This document shows, piece by piece, positions 57,376 to 64,000 of a stretch of DNA of 64,000 nucleotides. Below the pieces are notes generated by a model, which was not told where the DNA came from, made no database searches, and worked only from the letters and a program-made list of their open reading frames with translations. This DNA is from an uncultured Myxococcales bacterium (GTDB lineage: Bacteria; Myxococcota_A; UBA9042). The position numbers were made by a program, and so were the translations under genes. Each line of letters opens with the position of its first letter. Position 1 is the stretch's first letter. The stretch lies in contig CAIMLR010000039.1 of assembly GCA_903842345.1 (NCBI GenBank), positions 3,984 through 67,983 of the forward strand, in the 5' to 3' direction.

Positions 57376-59220
57376 ATGGCCGCGCCACCAGCTCCCGCTC
57401 GCCTGCCGCGCTCGCTGCCTGAAGTGAAGGCGCTCGTCGGCGACTTCTTTCAGGCGTTCACCAACGCGCCGCGCGCGCTGCAGCTCGCGTGGCAAACGTC
57501 GCCGCGGCTCCTGCTCAGCCTGCTGGCATGGACGCTCGTCGCTGGCGCGCTGCCGTCCGCGATCGCGTGGGTCGGTCGCAGCCTTGTGGACGCCGTCGTG
57601 GCGGCACAGCGCGGCGGCGATCGCAACGCGGCGGTGCGCTGGGTCGCGGTGGAACTCGCGCTGGTCCTGACGCTTCTCGTGGCGCAGCGGTGGCAATTGC
57701 TGTGCCAATCCCTGCTCCGCGCGCAGCTCGGCCACACGGTGCATGTGCAGATTTTTGAGAAGGCGCTGACGCTCTCCCTGCCGCAGTTTGAGGACAGCAA
57801 GACCTACGACCTCCTGACCCGCGCGCGCCGCGAGGCGTCCACCCGGCCGCTGGGCCTCATCGTCAAGCTGCTGAACGTGCTGCAAAACGCCGTTTCGCTG
57901 ATCGGCTTTTCCGCGCTGCTGATGGCGCTCTCGCCGTGGGCGGTGCTGGCGCTGGCGCTGGCCGGGCTGCCGGCGTTCCTGGCGGAGGCGCGCTTCTCCG
58001 GCGAGGCGTTCCGGCTGTTTCGCTACCGCGCGCCCGAGACGCGGATGCAGATGTACCTGGAGACGCTGATGGCGCGCGAGGACTCGGCCAAGGAGGTCAA
58101 AGTCTTCCAGTTTGGCCCGCGGCTGCTGCAGCGCTACCGCGACATCTACCAGCAGGTCTACGAGGAAGATCGCACGCTGACCTGGCGGCGGCATCGCTGG
58201 GGTCTGGCGCTGGCGGTGCTGGCGACGCTGGTGCTGTACGGCGCATTCGCGTGGCTGGCGCTGGCGACCTCCGCGGGCAAGTTGACGCTGGGCGCGATGA
58301 CGGCCGGGCTCCTGGCGTTCAAGCAGGGCCAGCAGGCGTTTGGCGCGCTGCTGCAGGCGATCGGCGGGCTGTACGAGGACAACCTCTACGTTTCGACGCT
58401 GTTTGAGCTCCTGGACCTGCCGCCTGACCCGGATCCGGGGACTGCGACGTCGGGGCCGGATCCGCAAGACGGCCTGCGGTTTGAGGGCGTCGGCTTTCGC
58501 TATCCTGGCTCGGACGAGCCGGCGCTGGCCGACATCACCCTGCACGTGCGCCCGGGCCAGACGCTGGCGTTGGTGGGCGCCAATGGCTCGGGCAAGACCA
58601 CGCTGATCAAGCTGTTGGCGCGCCTGTACCAGCCGACCTCAGGGCGCATTGTGCTGGACGGCCGCGATCTGCAGGAGTGGCAGCCCGCGGCGCTGCGGCT
58701 GCGGATTGGCGTGATTTTCCAGGACTTCCTGCGCTACCAGTTCCTCGCCGGCGAGAACGTCGGCGTGGGCGACGACCGGCACTTTGACGACGAAGTGCGC
58801 TGGCAGGAGGCCGCCGAGCACGCCGCGGCGCACGAGACGCTGACGAGCCTGCCGCAAGGCTATCGCACGCAATTGGGCAAATGGTTCGACAATGGCCGCG
58901 AGCTGTCCGGCGGCCAATGGCAGCGGGTGGCGCTGGCGCGGGCGATGATGCGGACGGACGCGCAGATTCTGGTGCTGGACGAGCCGACGTCGGCGATGGA
59001 CGCGGCGGCCGAAGTGGAGATCTTTGACCGGCTGCAGGATCAGGCCAAGGGCCGGATGAGCATCCTGATTTCCCACCGGTTTTCCACCGTGCGGCGCGCG
59101 GACTACATCGCGGTGCTGGACGGCGGGCGGATTACCGAGCAAGGGAGTCACGCCCAGTTGCTGGCGGCGGACGGCACGTACGCGCGCCTGTTTGAGCAGC
59201 AAGCGCAGGGCTACCGGTAG
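57376..59220 (+). CDS. ABC exporter with fused permease and ATPase
   Basis: TM domain plus motifs GANGSGKTT, LSGGQWQR, LDEPT and ISHRFSTV. ATG at 57376. Confidence 0.92.
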   Translation: MAAPPAPARLPRSLPEVKALVGDFFQAFTNAPRALQLAWQTSPRLLLSLLAWTLVAGALPSAIAWVGRSLVDAVVAAQRGGDRNAAVRWVAVELALVLTLLVAQRWQLLCQSLLRAQLGHTVHVQIFEKALTLSLPQFEDSKTYDLLTRARREASTRPLGLIVKLLNVLQNAVSLIGFSALLMALSPWAVLALALAGLPAFLAEARFSGEAFRLFRYRAPETRMQMYLETLMAREDSAKEVKVFQFGPRLLQRYRDIYQQVYEEDRTLTWRRHRWGLALAVLATLVLYGAFAWLALATSAGKLTLGAMTAGLLAFKQGQQAFGALLQAIGGLYEDNLYVSTLFELLDLPPDPDPGTATSGPDPQDGLRFEGVGFRYPGSDEPALADITLHVRPGQTLALVGANGSGKTTLIKLLARLYQPTSGRIVLDGRDLQEWQPAALRLRIGVIFQDFLRYQFLAGENVGVGDDRHFDDEVRWQEAAEHAAAHETLTSLPQGYRTQLGKWFDNGRELSGGQWQRVALARAMMRTDAQILVLDEPTSAMDAAAEVEIFDRLQDQAKGRMSILISHRFSTVRRADYIAVLDGGRITEQGSHAQLLAADGTYARLFEQQAQGYR

Positions 59221-60257
59221 CGCGACAACGCCGCGTTGGCCGTCAGGCTCGCCAAACCGATCGCACCGCGCGGAAACTCGACGGTCAGCAGCTCAGTCAG
59301 GGCGCTGAGCCGGGGCGGCAGCGGCGGACCTTGGCGGAGATAGTGGCGCTGCACGGCCGCGCGCTGCAGACGCAGCAGGTGGCGATCAACCGGCGGCAGC
59401 TGCGCAACCAGCGCTTCCAGGGGCGCGGACGGATTCAGCGGCTCCGCGAGCCAAGCGGCGCCGGCCCGCACCGCGCGCATCACGCCGAGCTGTGCGGCCA
59501 ACGCCGGCACTGAGGCCAGCGCGTCGCCGTGTTGCGCCAGCCACTGCCGGGCATCGGCCACGTGGCGCAAATCGCCGCCGAGCCCCGCCGCGAGGTGGAC
59601 GAGCAGGTGCAAGGTCGCATCGATGGGGTGCAGCACCCGCGTGCCGTCGGCCAGCTGGGTCGCGCGCGCGGCTGCGGCAGCCACGACCTGGGGCGTACCG
59701 TAGGCCGGAAAGCGCACGGGGCAGCCGAGCAGCAAATGCAGATCCAGCGACGCGCCACCGGCGGCCGCCACGTACTGCTCCGTGCGACCACTCGGCGCGC
59801 GATAGACGCAGGCCATGCCGCTCCGCGTCAGGAACCTCCGCACGTCGGGCAGCGCGTCAGGGGCGACAAGTGCGTCGACGTCGATGGCCGGCCGCAGGAT
59901 GCCAGGCGGATAGGCGCGCTCCTCGATCGACGTTCCCTTGAGGAGCACCAGCGCCGCCGACGGACCGGCGAAAAGTAGCCGCAGGCTCTGCCGCAGCGCA
60001 TCCACTTCCAGCACGCGGCGCATTTCGACATTGGCCGCTTTCTGCAGCGCCGCGTGTTGCCCGGACGTCCACTGCACCAGCCCCTGCGCGGCGTGCTCCA
60101 GCAGCCACGACGCGCCGCGTTCCTGGATCGCCCGCTGGACCAGCCAGTCGCGCTGGGCATCGGAGAGCTGCGCGGCATCGCCCGGCGCTTGCATGACCGG
60201 ACGCAACACCTGCGTGAGGACGCGATAGGCCTGGCGGTCTCCAATCGGCTGGTTCAC
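59211..60257 (-). CDS. Nucleotidyltransferase family protein (NTP_transf_5-like)
   Basis: LLKG.....YP....RP..DVD.LV, LDLH and HLLVH. Stop region overlaps that of the convergent ABC exporter. Confidence 0.75.
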   Translation of the reverse strand: MNQPIGDRQAYRVLTQVLRPVMQAPGDAAQLSDAQRDWLVQRAIQERGASWLLEHAAQGLVQWTSGQHAALQKAANVEMRRVLEVDALRQSLRLLFAGPSAALVLLKGTSIEERAYPPGILRPAIDVDALVAPDALPDVRRFLTRSGMACVYRAPSGRTEQYVAAAGGASLDLHLLLGCPVRFPAYGTPQVVAAAAARATQLADGTRVLHPIDATLHLLVHLAAGLGGDLRHVADARQWLAQHGDALASVPALAAQLGVMRAVRAGAAWLAEPLNPSAPLEALVAQLPPVDRHLLRLQRAAVQRHYLRQGPPLPPRLSALTELLTVEFPRGAIGLASLTANAALSRYR

Positions 60258-60329
60258 GGGACCTGTCTGGGCAAGCGCGCCCGGACGGCAAGGCTACGCG
60301 ACTCGGTCCCGCCGGCCAAGACCCGCACT

Positions 60330-60941
60330 TCAGAACCGCATGGCCAGCAGCACGCCCTGCGGGGTCGGCACCACCGCCGCATACCGCGACGGCTGGCGCA
60401 GGAGCAGCCACGTGCCCACACCCGCCACCGCCACGCCTGCCACCGCCACGCTCGCGCCGATCATCAGTTGGTTGTTGAGTGAAGCCGCCTTGTCCGCAAC
60501 CTGCTGTTGCGCCGCCGGCGAAGCGTACTGCAGTGGATTGGCGGTCACCTGTTGGCGCAGCGTCAGGCCATCCTGCACCGCTGAATACGCCGACCCGCCG
60601 CCCATGCCGATCGCCAGCACACCCACGCCCAACGTCACCCATCCCGGCCAGCGCTGTGGCGCGTCCGACCGCGTCAGCGTCTGATTGGCGTAGTCCGCGA
60701 TGCGCGGCGCGTCGTCAATCGCGTGCACCACGGTGCGCGCCTCGTGGCGGTGCTCCACCGTGACCGTGTACGACGGCGCCTCCTCCGCGCTTGCCGGACG
60801 CGGGGCCAGCAGCATGCCCGCAAGCGCGGCCAATGACAGGAAGATCTCGGGCTCGCGGCGGACGAGACGCACAACCGCACGCCAGGTCGGCCGCACGTGC
60901 GGGTGCTGGCCAAGGCGCAGCGGAACGGGCCAGTGATTCAT
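60330..60941 (-). CDS. Hypothetical exported/membrane protein
   Basis: Signal-like segment, two Gly-rich hydrophobic helices, and C-terminal VVPTPQGVLLAMRF. Confidence 0.55.
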   Translation of the reverse strand: MNHWPVPLRLGQHPHVRPTWRAVVRLVRREPEIFLSLAALAGMLLAPRPASAEEAPSYTVTVEHRHEARTVVHAIDDAPRIADYANQTLTRSDAPQRWPGWVTLGVGVLAIGMGGGSAYSAVQDGLTLRQQVTANPLQYASPAAQQQVADKAASLNNQLMIGASVAVAGVAVAGVGTWLLLRQPSRYAAVVPTPQGVLLAMRF

Positions 60942-61095
60942 AGCAACCCCCAATTCCCAAAAGGGAAACCTCATCCGGAAAAGTCCCGGACGCGCCAACC
61001 GTCTCACGGCATTGGGATGTCAGTAGCGGCCGGAAAGTTCATCGCGGCGGTGGCCAGCGCGCGAGGGGGCGCAACGGCAGGAACCGGGCAAAGGC

Positions 61096-62775
61096 TCAAA
61101 ACAGCCCTTCCACCAGACCCTGTTCGTTGATGTGAATGTGGTTGGCCGCCGGAATCCGCGGCAGCCCGGGCATCGTCATCACTTCCCCGCAAATCACCAC
61201 CAGGAATTCCGCGCCCGTCGCCAGCCGGATCTCGCGGATCGGCACGGTGTGGTTGGACGGCGCGCCTTTGAGGCTCTGATCCGTCGAAAAACTGTACGGC
61301 GTCTTGGCGATGCAGACGGGAAAGTGGCCGTACCCGAGCTTCTCGTAGTTGTGGAGTTCATCCCGCACTTTCTTGTCGGCGATCACCTCGCTCGCGCCAT
61401 AGAGCTTGAGCGCGATCGTTTTGACCTTCTCGAAGAGCGGCATGTCGTCCGGGTAAAGCGGCGCGTACTGAGCAGCACCGCTGTCGGCAATCGCCGCAAC
61501 GGCCTTGGCCAACTCCGCCGTCCCCGCGCCGCCGTCAGACCAATGCGTGCACAGGAACGCCTGCGAGCCCATCTCGGCCGCCACGTCGCGCACGAGTTGG
61601 ATCTCCTCGGCGGAATCTGTGTCAAAGCGGTTGATCGCCACGACCGCCGGCACGCCAAACTGCTTCAGGTTCGACAGATGCCGCTTCAGGTTGGCCGCAC
61701 CCTTCTTCAGCGCCACCAGATCCGGCTTCTCCAGATCGGCCAACTCCGCGCCGCCGTGCGCCTTCAACGCGCGGATCGTCGCCAGCAGCACGACGGCGTC
61801 CGGACGCAGCCCGGCCTTGCGGCACTTGATGTCAAAGAATTTCTCCGCGCCCAGATCCGCGCCAAAGCCGGCTTCCGTCACCACGTAGTCCGCCAGCTTG
61901 AGCGCGGTCTTGGTCGCCACGACCGAATTGCAGCCATGCGCGATGTTGGCAAACGGCCCGCCGTGCACAAACGCCGGATTGCCTTCCAGCGTCTGCACGA
62001 GGTTGGGCATCAGCGCGTCCTTGAGCAGCACGCTCATCGCGCCTGGCGCGTGCAGATCGCGGGCGAACACCGGCTTCTTGTCAAACGTGTAGCCAATCAG
62101 GATGTTGCCAAGTCGGCGGTGCAGATCTTCCAGGTTCTCCGCGAGGCAGAAGATCGCCATGACCTCGGACGCCACCGTGATGTTGAAGCCCGTCTCGCGC
62201 GGCGTCCCGTCGCCCGCGCCGCCCAAGCCCGTGACCATGGAGCGCAGCGAGCGGTCGTTCATGTCCATCGCGCGCCGCCAGGTGACCCGCCGCAAGTCGA
62301 TGTTGAGCGCGTTGCCCCAATGCACGTGATTGTCGATGAGCGCGGCCAGCAGGTTGTTCGCCGCGCCGATCGCGTGAAAATCGCCGGTGAAATGGAGATT
62401 GATGTCCTCCATTGGCACGACCTGCGCGAAACCGCCGCCCGCCGCGCCGCCTTTCATGCCAAAGCACGGACCGAGGCTCGGCTCGCGGAGGCAGACCATC
62501 GCGTTTTTGCCGATTTGGTTGAGGCCGTCGGTCAGGCCGACGCTCAAGGTGGTCTTGCCCTCGCCCGCGGCGGTCGGCGAAATGGCGGTCACGAGGATCA
62601 GCTTGCCGCTCGGCTTGTCCTTGAGCGTGTCGATGAAGTCGAACGCGACCTTGGCTTTGCTCGGGCCATATTGGTACAGGCTGTCGCGCGGAATGCCGAG
62701 GCGGTCGGCGACGTGGCTGATGGGCCGAATCGGCGCGCTGCGGGCGATGTCGATGTCTTGCGGAATGGAGCGCAT
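61096..62775 (-). CDS. fhs: Formate--tetrahydrofolate ligase
   Basis: Motifs [43 protein letters not shown] and MPGLP. ATG at 62775. Confidence 0.97.
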   Translation of the reverse strand: MRSIPQDIDIARSAPIRPISHVADRLGIPRDSLYQYGPSKAKVAFDFIDTLKDKPSGKLILVTAISPTAAGEGKTTLSVGLTDGLNQIGKNAMVCLREPSLGPCFGMKGGAAGGGFAQVVPMEDINLHFTGDFHAIGAANNLLAALIDNHVHWGNALNIDLRRVTWRRAMDMNDRSLRSMVTGLGGAGDGTPRETGFNITVASEVMAIFCLAENLEDLHRRLGNILIGYTFDKKPVFARDLHAPGAMSVLLKDALMPNLVQTLEGNPAFVHGGPFANIAHGCNSVVATKTALKLADYVVTEAGFGADLGAEKFFDIKCRKAGLRPDAVVLLATIRALKAHGGAELADLEKPDLVALKKGAANLKRHLSNLKQFGVPAVVAINRFDTDSAEEIQLVRDVAAEMGSQAFLCTHWSDGGAGTAELAKAVAAIADSGAAQYAPLYPDDMPLFEKVKTIALKLYGASEVIADKKVRDELHNYEKLGYGHFPVCIAKTPYSFSTDQSLKGAPSNHTVPIREIRLATGAEFLVVICGEVMTMPGLPRIPAANHIHINEQGLVEGLF

Positions 62776-62816
62776 GTGGATTCCCCTGCCGCGTCTGTTC
62801 CCCGTGCGGCGGGGAG

Positions 62817-62845
62817 TTTGTAGGGGGAAATCGCGGCGGCGGCAA
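62817..62845 (-). promoter_or_regulatory. Putative sigma-70 promoter for fhs
   Basis: Minus strand TTGCCG-17 nt-TACAAA, about 40 bp upstream of the ATG. Confidence 0.4.
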
Positions 62846-62892
62846 GTCGCTCCCCAAGGGTCACCGACGCGCATGCGAAGCCGAGCCGTCTC

Positions 62893-63453
62893 TCACTTGC
62901 ACGAAGACCATCGTTGAACGCTCCACGTCCCTGCCAGATCGTCGGTTTCTGCCATCGGAAAGTGCGCGCCGGTGTTGAACGAGACCATGCCCTTCACCCT
63001 CAACTGCAGGACGACGCTCGCGCCGGTGACGATTTCAGGCAACCCCGCGCGGGACAACACCTCGATCGTGAGCGTGGCCGAAGCGCTGCCCGTTGTTGCC
63101 GGGTCGCGCATACCGACCGCCGTCACCGATTGCGGCGCGCCAGTCATCGGATCAAAATCGAATGTCATATCTTGCGTGCTGCCGCCTTCGGTGAGCCTCA
63201 TGACGAGCAAGAGCGGCGCGCCCGGCGGGAGCGTACGCGCGCTTCCCTGTTCTGGGGCGTTGATGTTGAGTTCGTACGCCACGGTTTCGGTTTGACCGCC
63301 GGGGAGTGTGAGCGTGTTCGTCATCTTCAAAGGCGACCCGCTCTGCAGGAACGCGGATTCGCCCGGGTCGGGGCAACCGCTCGTGCAGCCACCAGACCCG
63401 ATGATACCCGCGAGGAACGACAGGACGACGATGCCAGGCCGGTCCAACTTCAT
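62893..63453 (-). CDS. Hypothetical lipoprotein
   Basis: ATG after GAGGAG, a hydrophobic signal ending in GSGGC, and a beta-rich body. Confidence 0.6.
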   Translation of the reverse strand: MKLDRPGIVVLSFLAGIIGSGGCTSGCPDPGESAFLQSGSPLKMTNTLTLPGGQTETVAYELNINAPEQGSARTLPPGAPLLLVMRLTEGGSTQDMTFDFDPMTGAPQSVTAVGMRDPATTGSASATLTIEVLSRAGLPEIVTGASVVLQLRVKGMVSFNTGAHFPMAETDDLAGTWSVQRWSSCK

Positions 63454-63584
63454 CAGAATGATCTCCTCAGCTTGGGGCTTCGCGCTAGTATCCGGTCTGC
63501 GGACGTGCAGTCAACTGTCTCTTGCCTCGCGCCCGGCCGGGTCCTACCATGAGGGCCCGTCGGTTCGGCGGTTGCAGGTCGGTC

Positions 63585-63854
63585 ATGCCCGTCATCTCCA
63601 TGTTCTACGGCATCATCGTGCAGATGTTCGTGCTGGATACGGACCGCCATCACGCGCCCCATATCCACGTACGCTATGCCGAGTTCAACGCTTCGGTAGC
63701 CATCGACTCCGGTGAGTTGCTGGCCGGGCAACTTCCGGCGAGGCAACTGCGGTTGGTCCACGCATGGATCGAGATTCACCGGGAAGAATTGGTCGCGGAT
63801 TGGACGCTGGCGGTGAGCGGCACACAGCCGTACAAGATTGAGCCGCTGCGATGA
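63585..63854 (+). CDS. DUF4160 protein (putative toxin of a DUF4160/DUF2442 pair)
   Basis: MPVISMFYGIIV.M....HHAPHIHVRY...G.LP..QLRLV.AW.EIH.EEL..DW...KIEPL. Confidence 0.9.
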   Translation: MPVISMFYGIIVQMFVLDTDRHHAPHIHVRYAEFNASVAIDSGELLAGQLPARQLRLVHAWIEIHREELVADWTLAVSGTQPYKIEPLR

Positions 63855-64000
63855 CGATCGGAAGTGACATGCTGGTTAGCGCCTCTGTGCCCGCAGCTGC
63901 CGACATTGTCGCTGCATGCGCGCTGATTGGTGCCCAGCTCGCAGTCGAGTTCGCTGATGGCCGCAAGGGTTCGTTTGATACCCAGCCATTCCTGCGTTAC
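63851..64000 (+). CDS. DUF2442 protein (putative antitoxin), 3' truncated by the window edge
   Basis: ATGA overlap with the DUF4160 stop. Manual translation gives ...QLAVEFADGRKGSFDTQPFL. Confidence 0.75.
   Translation, partial: MTIGSDMLVSASVPAAADIVAACALIGAQLAVEFADGRKGSFDTQPFLRY

Noticed and set aside
57376-60941. Possible lasso-peptide/RiPP cluster (ABC exporter plus NTP_transf_5)
   Set aside because: No lasso cyclase, B1/B2 (PqqD/peptidase) gene or precursor ORF was recognised nearby.
62776-62892. ZTP (pfl) or THF riboswitch upstream of fhs
   Set aside because: Conserved riboswitch cores are not recognisable, and a putative promoter ~40 bp upstream leaves too short a leader. An Rfam scan would settle it.

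Overview
This is a GC-rich bacterial chromosomal window. Gene content (cdaA-cdaR next to folP, a pilGHI/xap-like ABC set, IgGFc-binding and IPT lipoproteins, a CxxxxCH/CxxCH cytochrome) points to Myxococcota or a related deltaproteobacterial lineage; this is inference. Housekeeping genes (rsfS, proA, map, rpsP-khpA, folE, fbp, moaC, lysC, cdaA, folP, ftsH, tilS, fhs) alternate with large surface-lipoprotein genes. Highlights: (1) a ~2900-aa lipoprotein multiheme cytochrome c built from 13 tandem ~180-aa penta-heme modules, with about 73 heme-type motifs by manual count, ~29 of them non-canonical (CX3CH/CX4CH/CX6CH), and FNR-like and CooA/Crp-like palindromes upstream; (2) about 2.5 kb away, a divergent ResB/CcsA (cytochrome c maturation System II)-like pair that seems to lack most heme-ligand histidines and is translationally coupled to rpsP-khpA; (3) a 13-kb cluster of five lipoproteins (IgGFc-binding, IPT/TIG, beta-propeller, Ig-like) sharing a lipobox plus Asp-rich linker; (4) a PilGHI/Xap-like export module with a sugar epimerase. 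No rRNA, tRNA, CRISPR array or transposase was recognised. All family calls come from motif recognition by eye, not database searches.
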